In this document: positions 18,651 through 27,896 of the stretch, one piece after another
Numbering within the stretch: position 1 is the first letter of the stretch
Layout: every line of letters starts with the position of its first letter
DNA from: a virus
Taxonomy: Duplodnaviria; Caudoviricetes
Virus record (IMG/VR): IMGVR_UViG_3300023082_000015
Coordinates: 1-47,345 of that record
Strand: one strand, 5' to 3'
Length of the DNA: 47,345 nucleotides
Translations under genes and position numbers: made by a program
The notes under the pieces: model-generated
What the model was told of the DNA's origin: nothing
Database searches by the model: none
Seen by the model: only the letters and a program-made list of their open reading frames with translations

Positions 18651-19213
18651 GTGAAATTGAGAAGTTCAAGTGCATCGGCTACATGGTCGGTCGTTCACGC
18701 GTTGGCGGGGCTGAATACGTACGCCTTTCAGACTTCGACCGGGTAACCGCCGATCGTGACGCGGCGCTGGTGGATGTCGAGCGGCTTGATAGCGCGCTGA
18801 ATGTCACCGACGCCGCAGCAACAAAATGGCTCTCAGATCTGACCAGGGCGCGCGAGTTGTTCGAATTAATTTTAGATGATCCGAGACTGGTAGTTGCCAT
18901 GTCCTCCGATATTTTGGCTCCGATCAAATCTCTACTTTCCGGCAAACCAGAAACTTTTGAATCCAAGGTGAGTGCCCTGCAACAGCGCCTGACCGCAGCG
19001 GATGAGCGGGCGGATGTGCTGGAGGGGCAGTTGGCAGCGCGTGAATCAGAGCTAGAAGAATTTGCGACAGAAATGACGTTGGCGATCACCGATTCGCAAA
19101 TTCGGTCGGCCATGACGGTTATCGGAAGATCGAGGTTTCTACAGCTTCTGCAAGCGTACAACGCGCGTATAGACGCCGAACTCAAGCCAGCAGAGGGTGG
19201 TAGTGATGCGTAA
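18647..19213 (+). CDS. Coiled-coil phage protein
   Basis: DFDRVTA.RDA and LQQRLTAADERAD motifs recalled from Pseudomonas phages. Confidence 0.7.
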   Translation: MSEIEKFKCIGYMVGRSRVGGAEYVRLSDFDRVTADRDAALVDVERLDSALNVTDAAATKWLSDLTRARELFELILDDPRLVVAMSSDILAPIKSLLSGKPETFESKVSALQQRLTAADERADVLEGQLAARESELEEFATEMTLAITDSQIRSAMTVIGRSRFLQLLQAYNARIDAELKPAEGGSDA

Positions 19214-19385
19214 GTTCTTCCGCCGGAAGGTCGAATCCTGGCTGATCCTGCTGGCAGCAAAGATCCTGCTCAACCGAAATGTTCAGCGCGCTGCCGTCGT
19301 TTCCAGGCGTGACAACAACGACATGTGGAGCATGTCCGAGAAGCTGGAAGCAATCGCCGAACGCATAAGCAAGGGCTACCCATGA
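19206..19385 (+). CDS. Hypothetical protein
   Basis: Packed ORF. Confidence 0.6.
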   Translation: MRKFFRRKVESWLILLAAKILLNRNVQRAAVVSRRDNNDMWSMSEKLEAIAERISKGYP

Positions 19386-19445
19386 AAGCCCAACTCCACG
19401 CCTACTGCTGGTGCCTGCTGGCACTGGCACAACTGATTTGCTGAG

Positions 19446-19673
19446 GTGTTTATGCACTACAACCCAGCGAGAAAGCAGCGCGCCGCAGATCTACTACAAA
19501 CGGCGACGGAAGGGCCTAGCTACGATATGACCTTCAGCAGCGCCGGCCTTACAGAAGAGCAAAAGAAAGCTGTGGAGGCCGAACTAATCGAGCGCTACAA
19601 GCTGTGGTCTGGTTCCTGGGTTATTCCGAAGCTCAAGAGGCTCGTGCCTGAATTGAAGGAGCCAAAGCCATGA
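19446..19673 (+). CDS. Hypothetical protein (start 19446 or 19452)
   Basis: GAGGT RBS; ATGA coupling. Confidence 0.6.
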   Translation: MFMHYNPARKQRAADLLQTATEGPSYDMTFSSAGLTEEQKKAVEAELIERYKLWSGSWVIPKLKRLVPELKEPKP

Positions 19674-20389
19674 CCACCAACCAAACGATTGACGGCGTGC
19701 CGCGGGCGTATGCGGATCTTGAGCGAATCAATATCCACGGTGAGCCCGATCGTAAGGGCGAAGATGGGGCATGGATAAAAACCTGGAAAGAGCGCCAGCC
19801 AGGGAAAACTATCTCCCATCACTCCAGAGCATCAGGCCTATGGAATAAGATCTCTGCCAGGTGCTTGGCCGGAGGCCAGTATCAGCGAGGGAATCCTGCA
19901 TACGTCGGAACGACCAACGGATTTGGTGACTTTCAACAGTTTGCCGAGTGGTGTAACACCCAGCCAGGTTATTCGTCGTTCGATGCCGAAGGCTTTCGAT
20001 TCGAAATCGACAAAGACATCCTCGTCCCGGGCAACAAGGTCTATTCGCCCGACACCTGCTGCTTTGTTCCTAAGCGCATAAATTCGCTTCTTACGTCGTC
20101 CACCGCTGCACGAGGTGAGTGCCCGATTGGAGTTTCCTATGTGAAGCGACGTGGCGTGTTCATGGCGTACTGCAAGAACGGCGGCAAGATGAAGCATCTT
20201 GGCCATCACGCCAGCGCTGCTCAAGCACATGCTGCCTGGCAAGCCATGAAGGTCGCCATCATCGCCGATGCAGCCATGGATTATCGCGCGATGTATGGCT
20301 CATCGATACGCGTCTATGAGGCTCTGATATATCGAGCAGCCATGATATACCTGGCCCACAAGAACGGAACGGAGACTTTGCAACCATGA
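19670..20389 (+). CDS. HNH-like homing endonuclease with AP2-like C-terminus
   Basis: W..I..RC, FQQFAEW, IDKDIL..GNKVYSPDTCCFVP..IN, PIGVSY..F.AYC..KHLG. Confidence 0.75.
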   Translation: MTTNQTIDGVPRAYADLERINIHGEPDRKGEDGAWIKTWKERQPGKTISHHSRASGLWNKISARCLAGGQYQRGNPAYVGTTNGFGDFQQFAEWCNTQPGYSSFDAEGFRFEIDKDILVPGNKVYSPDTCCFVPKRINSLLTSSTAARGECPIGVSYVKRRGVFMAYCKNGGKMKHLGHHASAAQAHAAWQAMKVAIIADAAMDYRAMYGSSIRVYEALIYRAAMIYLAHKNGTETLQP

Positions 20390-20859
20390 ACGATCAAAAA
20401 ACTTCGGGCGAGCCGGCGGCGTGGCTTGCGCAGGCTGTCGGAAAAGGTGGCGAGGTTTACCGCAACAAAGCCTCGACCATTGAGCCAACCATGCGCGATA
20501 TAGAAATAGCATGGGGCCAGGGCGTAATTGATCGCTTCACGATTGTGATCAAGCCGCTGTACGCCGGGCAGCCCGCGCCGGTAGCGCTGACTCAGGACGC
20601 CATAGACCGCATTGTTCCAAGTCTTAACCCCGAGCCTGACCGTGATGAATTCCATTGTGAGTGGGCACTATGGAGCGACCGAGAAAGGATCAGAAACAAG
20701 CTTTCCACGCTGCTGACAGCAAACCGCGCTCCGGTAGCGGTGGTTATGCCTGAGCGGAAGCGAGCCCATTGCACCGGTGCAATTTCCGACTTCCGCACAT
20801 GGGAAGAAGCGCAAGGCTGGAACGCCTGCCTCGACGAAGTTAAGAGGTTGAACCGATGA
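20386..20859 (+). CDS. Ead/Eaa-like mosaic phage protein
   Basis: GEPAAW, PLYA.QPAPVA, VVMPERK, GWNACLDEV.RLN motifs. Confidence 0.7.
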   Translation: MNDQKTSGEPAAWLAQAVGKGGEVYRNKASTIEPTMRDIEIAWGQGVIDRFTIVIKPLYAGQPAPVALTQDAIDRIVPSLNPEPDRDEFHCEWALWSDRERIRNKLSTLLTANRAPVAVVMPERKRAHCTGAISDFRTWEEAQGWNACLDEVKRLNR

Positions 20860-21224
20860 CCCGGCCGGCAGAGGTGGAGCAAGCTTATGGCATGCCGTTG
20901 TGGGGCGTAATCGAGTACCTGGCCGCCGAAGGGTGCAACCGCGCGGAGGTCGCCCGGCGAATAGGCTATCGCGCGGACAGCTTCTCGCAGTTGCTCAAAC
21001 GCAATCCTGATAAGGATCCGTTCGACTCGACGTGCATACCGGCAAATTACGTGTCTGAGACAGGTGAGTCTTTCGGTGACGCTTTGCGCCGTATGGCCGC
21101 CGAAGGTATGTCGAAGAATGACGCGGCGATCGCCATAGGCTACTCGGGGAAATTTGCACTCAGCCGGGCGATGAAAGCACGCGGTATTGAAGTGCAATTC
21201 AGGGGGCGCCGTGCGAAATCATAG
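20856..21224 (+). CDS. Tandem HTH DNA-binding protein
   Basis: Two repeats of LAAEG.(N/S)...A..IGY. Confidence 0.6.
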   Translation: MTRPAEVEQAYGMPLWGVIEYLAAEGCNRAEVARRIGYRADSFSQLLKRNPDKDPFDSTCIPANYVSETGESFGDALRRMAAEGMSKNDAAIAIGYSGKFALSRAMKARGIEVQFRGRRAKS

Positions 21225-21381
21225 AGCAATCCCACTGGAGGACCTGGCCTTCGCGTATGAGCTGTATTGCCAAGGACTCTCATGGAAGTGGATAACGCGG
21301 CACGTCGCCTGGGAACGTACCGCGCTGATTAAAGCTATTGCGCGACGACTAAAACCTGGGCCGGGGCCGCGGCAACGTTAG
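21211..21381 (+). CDS. Small hypothetical (HTH-like) protein
   Basis: GTG start overlapping the previous gene; LAFAYEL..G.SWK.I. Confidence 0.5.
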   Translation: MRNHRAIPLEDLAFAYELYCQGLSWKWITRHVAWERTALIKAIARRLKPGPGPRQR

Positions 21382-22246
21382 AAACTACCCCCGCCAGTAC
21401 CTGCAAAGACAGGACCGTCAGCACGCCCCGCTGCACCAGACGCACGCTAAATCCAGTCGTCGTACTCGTCACCAATACCCAGCTCTGCGTTGAGTCACTC
21501 GGCGGCCCAGGTTGTACACTGGGCACCGCCGGGAACGCAGTCGGGTATGTCACCGTGAACAATCCGTTCACATCCGTCACCCCCACATAACTCTCGGTAC
21601 GCTTGGCCGCGGGCAATGTCGCCAATGAACCGTCACCCCGAACATATTGCGCCGTCGTGCCTGCCGGGATTGTCAACTTGGTCGCCAACTGGGCACTTGT
21701 TGCTGCATCCGTGATCCCGTAACCCCCAAGTGTCGTCGGCGTCGCCGTGATCGTGCTCCAGGCTTGCGTGTGCGCAGCAGGGGCGAACGTGGACGGGATA
21801 CCGGTCAACGAGGCATATGCGCCGTTGAACAGCGCCGGAAAAGTGGCCAGGGTGCCGTCACCGCGCAGATACTGGGCGGCCGAGCCCGCAGGTGTCGCCA
21901 GTTTGCCGTCGATTGCCGCTTGCAGCCCAGTAACCTGGCTGATCGGGTGAACGTGGGCTGCGGGAGCGAACACGGTCGGCGTGCCGGTCAGGTCGCCGTA
22001 TGCCCCACTGAAACCAGTGAGCAGACCGGACGACAACGACAGGCCGGGGCCGATGCTGAAGAACGCCGGCAGGTTGGACGCGCCGTTGTAGCCCATGACC
22101 GCATTGACGCCCCCGCCGCCTGGTGGGCTCACGCCTCGGGTGAGGGTAGCGGCGTCGTCGGCGCGGCGCTGGTTGATCAACAGGTCATTGCCTGCGGCGT
22201 GGGCGAGCACAGGGAGTAACAGCAGCACAGCAAGTAATTTTCTCAT
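21335..22246 (-). CDS. Fibre-repeat protein with apparent signal peptide
   Basis: MRKLLAVLLLLPVLAHA; repeats AY..LTG.P..FAPAAH and G..AQY.RGDG.LAT; PTTLGGYGITDA; H-lectin/gp53-like tip (VTYPTAF..P.V..TTTGFSV). Confidence 0.75.
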   Translation of the reverse strand: MRKLLAVLLLLPVLAHAAGNDLLINQRRADDAATLTRGVSPPGGGGVNAVMGYNGASNLPAFFSIGPGLSLSSGLLTGFSGAYGDLTGTPTVFAPAAHVHPISQVTGLQAAIDGKLATPAGSAAQYLRGDGTLATFPALFNGAYASLTGIPSTFAPAAHTQAWSTITATPTTLGGYGITDAATSAQLATKLTIPAGTTAQYVRGDGSLATLPAAKRTESYVGVTDVNGLFTVTYPTAFPAVPSVQPGPPSDSTQSWVLVTSTTTGFSVRLVQRGVLTVLSLQVLAGVVSNVAAAPAQVLVVAQ

Positions 22247-22614
22247 ACGGTCCTCGACCAGGTGTTGGGGGCGAATTTAAAGAACACAGTCACGCCGTTG
22301 GCGCTCAGCATCACTTCAGCGTTGTCGATCGTCGTGGCGCCGGTGATGAGCAGGGACGCGATGTTGCGCGTGCTGCGGATGCGCAAGGCCTGGTTCTCGC
22401 GCCCTGCCGATTCCGGGGGCAGCACCAGGGTCAGCGAGGCGAGGTCAGTCGCGGGGGTGAGGGTCACGAACAGGTCATTGGGGACGGCGGGCAGCGTCAC
22501 GGTAGCACCGTTGGCCGGGGAGTAACTGACGCTCACCGGTGCCAGTGCGGGGCCCATTGCTGCTGCGATCATGGCCTCAGTTGCAGCGGCTGTCATACCT
22601 GGGTCGCGGATCAT
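22243..22614 (-). CDS. Putative structural/fibre-associated protein
   Basis: Beta-rich; ATGA coupling on both sides. Confidence 0.65.
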   Translation of the reverse strand: MIRDPGMTAAATEAMIAAAMGPALAPVSVSYSPANGATVTLPAVPNDLFVTLTPATDLASLTLVLPPESAGRENQALRIRSTRNIASLLITGATTIDNAEVMLSANGVTVFFKFAPNTWSRTV

Positions 22615-22877
22615 GACATGGCCCCCTGGACGTAAGCTGTGATCCCGTTCGGGCTGCAGCGAATCCACAATCCCGCTGCACCTGCGTCGACTACGGCTTC
22701 CAGGCCAGATTGCAGCCAGCGGCCGGTGTTATCGGTGGCTTGAGGTGCTGTGGCGCCGATTTGCAACAGCGCGACGTTGCCGGCCTGGTTCTGTATGAGC
22801 AGGGCGGTGCCCGGAGCGATACCGGACAGGGCGTAAACGTCGGCCCAAGCGGATGTGGTAGTTTTAATTTGCGGCAT
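22611..22877 (-). CDS. Putative head decoration/fibre anchor protein
   Basis: W.DVYALSGIA.GTALLIQNQ pattern; AGGAG RBS. Confidence 0.6.
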   Translation of the reverse strand: MPQIKTTTSAWADVYALSGIAPGTALLIQNQAGNVALLQIGATAPQATDNTGRWLQSGLEAVVDAGAAGLWIRCSPNGITAYVQGAMS

Positions 22878-22894
22878 GGGTGCGGCTCCTTGAA

Positions 22895-22923
22895 TTGACG
22901 AGTCGGTCGGTGCGGAGTACCCT
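22895..22923 (+). promoter_or_regulatory. Promoter for HTH/Lar genes
   Basis: TTGACG-N17-TACCCT. Confidence 0.5.
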
Positions 22924-22954
22924 TGCGCTTTGACAAGCCTGGAGTAGCCCCGAC

Positions 22955-23164
22955 ATGCACCAACCTATGCAAGGCGCAAAAGCGCCTGAACCCGTGACCG
23001 AGCAACGTATGCTAAGTTCCGCAGAGCTGGCCGATTACCTGCAGCTGACCGAGGAAACAGTGCGCCGCCTGGCACGCCGTGGCACCATCCCGTCCGTTAC
23101 CGTGGCACGCCGGATTCGTTACGACTTGGCGGCTGTGCTCAAGAGCCTGGAGGGCGAACAGTGA
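22955..23164 (+). CDS. Excisionase-like HTH_17 DNA-binding protein
   Basis: LSSAELADYLQLTEETVRRLARRGTIP..V.RRIRY. Confidence 0.8.
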   Translation: MHQPMQGAKAPEPVTEQRMLSSAELADYLQLTEETVRRLARRGTIPSVTVARRIRYDLAAVLKSLEGEQ

Positions 23165-23352
23165 TTACCTGGCGTGAGAAACATCTGCTCAAACCGTGTC
23201 CCTTCTGTGGCAGTACCAACCTGGATGTTACGCAATGGGTTGAATGCAACGGGTGCGGCGCGTTTGGGCCCACCCCGGCTGACTCGGGTGACTTGTCCAA
23301 CTGGAACACGCGGGCATCTGATCAGGAACAAGAAAAAGCCCGCACTGTGTAG
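23161..23352 (+). CDS. Lar-like (restriction alleviation) Zn-finger protein
   Basis: LKPCPFCG..VEC..CGA.GP..WNTR. Confidence 0.75.
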   Translation: MITWREKHLLKPCPFCGSTNLDVTQWVECNGCGAFGPTPADSGDLSNWNTRASDQEQEKARTV

Positions 23353-23410
23353 GCAGGCGGGCTAAATATTTCATATCGCAGGGTCGCGCGATTATCGCAA
23401 GGTGTAATAA

Positions 23411-25723
23411 ATGAGTCAAGACCTCTATAAAGGGTGGGCGTTGTACTACGCATCACTCGGGTGGCACGTTTTCCCCCTCAAACCCGGAACCAAATACCCC
23501 GGCTGTGAACACGGCAGCAGCGAAGCAACGACCGACGTCGAGCAGATCGAACGGTGGTGGACAGCGTCCCCTAACTCCGGCATCGGCATGCGGCCGGCAA
23601 CCTCCGGCCTCTACGTGCTCGATATGGACCCCCGCAACGGCGGCGAGGCCAGCTTCGCAGCTCTGCAGGCCGAACACGGGCTGCTCCTGTCGCCAGTGAT
23701 GGCGCAGTCGGGCCGGGGTACGGGGTTTCACATGTACTTCGCGGCACCGCTGGCCGGCACACGCTACAAGGGGCAGCCGGGGGCAGGTCTGGACGGCAAA
23801 CACAACGGATTTGTGGTGTTGCCCCCGTCTATCCACCCCGACACGCAACAGCCCTACACCTGGATGACCGGAACACCTGGTGCCGGTGAGGACCTGCCGG
23901 CTGCGCCTGCGTTCCTTGAGAAACAGATCATCGAACGTCCGGACCGTGTACCACGCGCCGTTGATCCTGCGGAACTGCCGTCGATCAAAGCCGCGCTCGC
24001 CTATCTGGACGCCGAAGACAACGAGACCTGGCAGAACACCATGGCCTCAATGAAGCACTGGGGCGATCACGCTGAAGCCGAGGCGGAAGCACTGGAGGCG
24101 TTCTGTGAGTGGTCGGCCACCAGCGGCAAGCCGGAGCACAGCGGCAACGAACACGAAATCGAGAAACGTTGGGACAGCTGGTCCAGCGATGCACCCGGAG
24201 CCCGCACCATCGCTTCGGTGTTTCACGATGCCAAAGCGAAAGGGTTCCGCATGGGGCCGGACGCCAAAGCAGCGTTCGACAAGATGCAAGAGCTGCTCGG
24301 CATGCAGGTTGCGGCACCGGTGGCCGAAGCACTCAACACGCCGGAACCGGTCACGGTAGTCGCCGGTGAGTTCGAACCCTTGGCCGCGCTGAAAGTCACC
24401 CAGGTGCATACGTTCAACGATCACCTGATGGACGCAGCGGTGCTGCGTGACTCCGAGGGCGTTTTCCGTGCACGCCTGGGCTCGTTCGAAGGCGCGTCAC
24501 ACTGGTGGAACGGTCGCTGCTGGGAATACGCGCCTGACGACGAGCTGCGCCGGCTGATCGGCATCTCAATGATCAGCGCCACGATCAAAACCTCGTCCGG
24601 CCGCATCAAAGGCACGCTTGAGGTGCTGCGCGACCAGTTGCCGCGCTACGGGCAGTCGGACCCACCGTCGTCGTTCACCTTCTTTGCCAACGGCGTGCTG
24701 GACACCGGCAGCGGTCAGCTTCGAGCGCACGGGCCTGAGTACCGCAACAGCCGCACCCTGGCCGTCGACTACGATCCCACGGCGCAGTGCGTCCAATGGC
24801 TGGCGTGGCTGGGCGACATCTTCCGCAGCGACCTGGAACGTATCTCGCTCCTACAGGAGATGCTCGGGTGGTGCCTCTGCCGCGATCACCTGGGCATCGA
24901 GAAGTCGATGATCTTTATCGGTCCACCACGGTCAGGTAAGGGCACTATCATCAAAGTGCTGCGCGCCCTGCTCGGCGACGGCGCTGGAGCTTTCGCGCTG
25001 CCGACACTAGATGACAACAAAATCCTCTCCGGCATGCGTGGCCAAAACGTCAGCATCGACAGCGATACTGCAAGCCCTGGGCGCAACAACGCGCGGCAGG
25101 TGGGCGGTCTGTTCAAAACGATCAGCTCCAACGAACCGGTGTCACTGGCGCTGCTCTATACGCAGACCCCGTGGCAGGGTTCGCTCAACTGCAAGTTGCT
25201 CCTGGCTTCCAACAGCATACCGACGCTGTTCGACGATTCGGGCGCCAGCGCCAACCGCTGGATACCGCTGGCCTTCGACCGGTCGTTCCTCGATCACGAA
25301 CAGGTCGACCTTGCTGACCGGTTGCTGACCGAGCTGCCTGGGATCGCTGCCTGGGCCGTGCAAGGGCTTCAGCGACTGATGCGTAACGGGCGGTTCACAT
25401 TGCCGCAGTCGAGCCGTGACGAGCTTGGCAACATGCTTTCCAGTAGCTCGCCCACCGAGAGTTACATCAATGACCGACTGGTGGTGGCTGCTGGGCAACG
25501 TGTGAGCGAGGCGGACCTTTGGGACGACTACCTCAAGTGGTACGTGTCGGAGGGCCTGGAGCAGATGAAACGACGTGATTTTATCCGGGCTATTGCTGAC
25601 GCGCTGCGCGGTCGTGGCGCTGTCCACAAACAGTCCATCCGGTTCGGAATGAACGTTTTGAGGGGGTTTGAGGGGGTTTCACTAGCGCAAGGCAACGTGG
25701 TTCCTATACGCTCAGGAAATTGA
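23411..25723 (+). CDS. Prim-pol primase + PriCT-2 + SF3 (D5/P4-like) helicase
   Basis: GWHVFPL..KYP, VLDMDPRNGG, GFHMYF, VVLPPSIHP; Walker A GPPRSGKGT; LLLASN. Confidence 0.92.
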   Translation: MSQDLYKGWALYYASLGWHVFPLKPGTKYPGCEHGSSEATTDVEQIERWWTASPNSGIGMRPATSGLYVLDMDPRNGGEASFAALQAEHGLLLSPVMAQSGRGTGFHMYFAAPLAGTRYKGQPGAGLDGKHNGFVVLPPSIHPDTQQPYTWMTGTPGAGEDLPAAPAFLEKQIIERPDRVPRAVDPAELPSIKAALAYLDAEDNETWQNTMASMKHWGDHAEAEAEALEAFCEWSATSGKPEHSGNEHEIEKRWDSWSSDAPGARTIASVFHDAKAKGFRMGPDAKAAFDKMQELLGMQVAAPVAEALNTPEPVTVVAGEFEPLAALKVTQVHTFNDHLMDAAVLRDSEGVFRARLGSFEGASHWWNGRCWEYAPDDELRRLIGISMISATIKTSSGRIKGTLEVLRDQLPRYGQSDPPSSFTFFANGVLDTGSGQLRAHGPEYRNSRTLAVDYDPTAQCVQWLAWLGDIFRSDLERISLLQEMLGWCLCRDHLGIEKSMIFIGPPRSGKGTIIKVLRALLGDGAGAFALPTLDDNKILSGMRGQNVSIDSDTASPGRNNARQVGGLFKTISSNEPVSLALLYTQTPWQGSLNCKLLLASNSIPTLFDDSGASANRWIPLAFDRSFLDHEQVDLADRLLTELPGIAAWAVQGLQRLMRNGRFTLPQSSRDELGNMLSSSSPTESYINDRLVVAAGQRVSEADLWDDYLKWYVSEGLEQMKRRDFIRAIADALRGRGAVHKQSIRFGMNVLRGFEGVSLAQGNVVPIRSGN

Positions 25724-25730
25724 GAATTTG

Positions 25731-25757
25731 GCCCAGCTTTCACGCTGGGCTTTTTAT
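25731..25757 (+). terminator. Intrinsic terminator
   Basis: gcccagc-tttcac-gctgggc followed by TTTTT. Confidence 0.8.
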
Positions 25758-25764
25758 TGCCTGT

Positions 25765-26045
25765 GTTGTAGGCGGTTCTGGTGGACTGTAGGCAAGAAGT
25801 AGGCAATTCCGTACTACGCTGAAACCCACGGCCCGCTTGGCTCTTAGCTCTTTGTATTCAATGTAGTCAATTTTTTATAAAAGTAATGTAGAAATAAATA
25901 AAGGTAATAATATAACAAGGGTAAAAATGTAAAATAAGCAACAAATAGGGCCGAATTGCCTACACTGCATACAAATTTGCTATTTCTTCAATGAATACAG
26001 GTACTTAAGCGTAGTCAGGCGTCGTATACGCTTTTGCCTACACGA
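25765..26045. other. Putative replication origin
   Basis: Very AT-rich core flanked by TGTAGGCAA-type repeats on the left and inverted TTGCCTACA copies on the right. Confidence 0.6.
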
Positions 26046-26084
26046 AACCGTGGTAGCATTGGCGTCAACTTGGGAGGGTGTAGC

Positions 26085-26453
26085 ATGTCGGTACTCGATT
26101 ACTTTGGCGTTGACTGGGTGTGCGACCGGATTACGGATGGCCGCACGTTGACCGCCATTGCGGAGGAAGCCACGGTCAACGTGTCGGTGCTGGTGCGCTG
26201 GATCGGTGCCGATGAGCAGCGTTCCGCGCGCGTAAATACCGCACGGAAACAGGCGGGGGCAACGTGGGACGCCATGGCAGAGGACGCAATCAGCAGGGCC
26301 ACCACGCCCCACCAACTGGCAGTAGCGCGGGAACTGGCGCACCATTGGCGCTGGCGTGCCAGCAAGATCGACCCGAACTACAAGGACAAGGTGACCCAGG
26401 AACACACCGGCGACCTGCAGGTAACTCAAATCGTGCGCAAGGTGATCGACTGA
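26085..26453 (+). CDS. terS: Terminase small subunit (Sf6-like)
   Basis: CDRI.DG.TL..IA, RELAHHWRWRASKI.P.Y.DKV..EHTG; GGAGG RBS; directly before terL. Confidence 0.85.
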   Translation: MSVLDYFGVDWVCDRITDGRTLTAIAEEATVNVSVLVRWIGADEQRSARVNTARKQAGATWDAMAEDAISRATTPHQLAVARELAHHWRWRASKIDPNYKDKVTQEHTGDLQVTQIVRKVID

Positions 26454-27694
26454 TGCAGCTTGAGATAGCCACACCGCGTTGGGCGCTACCCCTGTTGCCC
26501 CCATGTCGCTACAAGGGCGTGAAGGGCGGCCGTGGGTCCGGGAAGAGCCACTTTCTTGCCGAACTCCTGGTTGAGGAACACGTGGCGAACCCGAATCAGC
26601 AGTCTGTGTGCATCCGGGAGATTCAAAAATCGCTCAAGTTCTCGGCCAAAAAGCTGATCGAGGGCAAGATTCGCGCCCTGGGCGTCTCGCACCTGTTCGA
26701 CATCACGCTCACAGAGATACGCCGCATCGGCCACGAAGGCCTTATCATTTTCCAGGGGATGCAGGACCACACCGCCGACTCGATCAAATCCCTGGAAGGC
26801 TTCGACAGGGCCTGGGTGGAGGAAGCGCAGAGCCTGTCCCACCGATCGCTTGAACTGCTACGCCCGACCATCCGTAACCCCGGGTCGCAGATCTGGTTTA
26901 GCTGGAACCCGGATCAGCGCACCGACGCCGTGGATCAGTTCATGTGCAGCGAGGAAGCTGCGAACGATCCCAACTTCTGCTTGATCCACGTCAACCTATT
27001 CGACAACCCGTTCCGTCCGCAGGTGCTCGTCGACGAGATGGAACGCGATCGCACCGCAGCACTCGACACGTTCGGCCACGTGTGGCTGGGTGAATACCGT
27101 GACCGCACCGACGCGCAGATATTCGCCGGCAAGTACCGCATTGGCGCTCTGGATTGGGCAGCAGATTGGGACGGCCCGTACCACGGTCTCGACTGGGGCT
27201 TCAGCCAGGACCCAACCGCCGCAACACGCTGCTGGATCGCACCGGGCAACGTGCTTTACATCGACGCCGAGTGCGGCAAGGTGGGCCTCGAACTTGACGA
27301 CACGCCGGCGTACCTGCAGAACGCACTGCCGGGCATCGCCGATTACGAGGTGATCGCCGACAGCGCGCGCCCTGAGTCCATCAGCTACGTGAAGCGCAAG
27401 GGCATACCGCGCTGCGTCGGTGCCGTGAAGGGCAAAGGCAGCGTCGAGGATGGTATCGATCACCTGAAATCGTTCAGCCAGATAGTGATCCACCCCGACT
27501 GCGTTGAGACGGCCGAGGAATTCAGGCTCTACTCGTACAAGATCGACAAGAAGTCCGGCCAGGTGCTGCGCGACATCGTCGACAAGTTCAATCACTACGT
27601 GGACAGCCTGCGCTACGGTCTCGAAAAGGTGATGATCGCCAAGCAACCAGGCGTCGGGCTGATGATGCCGGCGAGATTACGTCGCAGGGGTTGA
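26453..27694 (+). CDS. terL: Terminase large subunit (PBSX-like)
   Basis: GGRGSGKSH, WVEEAQ, WFSWNP, GLDWGF, NHYVDSLRY. Confidence 0.95.
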   Translation: MQLEIATPRWALPLLPPCRYKGVKGGRGSGKSHFLAELLVEEHVANPNQQSVCIREIQKSLKFSAKKLIEGKIRALGVSHLFDITLTEIRRIGHEGLIIFQGMQDHTADSIKSLEGFDRAWVEEAQSLSHRSLELLRPTIRNPGSQIWFSWNPDQRTDAVDQFMCSEEAANDPNFCLIHVNLFDNPFRPQVLVDEMERDRTAALDTFGHVWLGEYRDRTDAQIFAGKYRIGALDWAADWDGPYHGLDWGFSQDPTAATRCWIAPGNVLYIDAECGKVGLELDDTPAYLQNALPGIADYEVIADSARPESISYVKRKGIPRCVGAVKGKGSVEDGIDHLKSFSQIVIHPDCVETAEEFRLYSYKIDKKSGQVLRDIVDKFNHYVDSLRYGLEKVMIAKQPGVGLMMPARLRRRG

Positions 27695-27719
27695 CAGGTG
27701 CGGCGACCTGTGGGAATCT
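27690..27719 (+). promoter_or_regulatory. Promoter of the ncRNA cluster with degenerate operator
   Basis: TTGACA-N17-GAATCT overlapping the terL stop; GTTGAC-aggtgc-GGCGAC. Confidence 0.6.
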
Positions 27720-27745
27720 GGCCACCTCACCCGCCGCAGAGTCAT

Positions 27746-27889
27746 GAAGGGTTTCAGGTGCAAAGGCGGAACGCACCGGCTGTCCTAGGCACGTAGCAGC
27801 GCCGTTATCGTCTGGCGCGGTAGGCCCCTAGGAGGTAAACGATACGAGATGTCGGGTACAGCGGGAACTCGTTAACAATCCATCCACCA
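27746..27889 (+). ncRNA. Three-armed structured RNA unit ending in ACCA
   Basis: Closing stem GAAGGGTT/AATCCATC then CACCA; arms GGTGC/GCACC, TCCTAGG/CCTAGGA, ACGAG/CTCGT. Confidence 0.5.
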
Positions 27890-27896
27890 ATTTTGA

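Noticed and set aside
22955-23164. Excisionase implying lysogeny
   Set aside because: No integrase, CI-like repressor or partition genes were seen; HTH_17 genes commonly sit beside primases.
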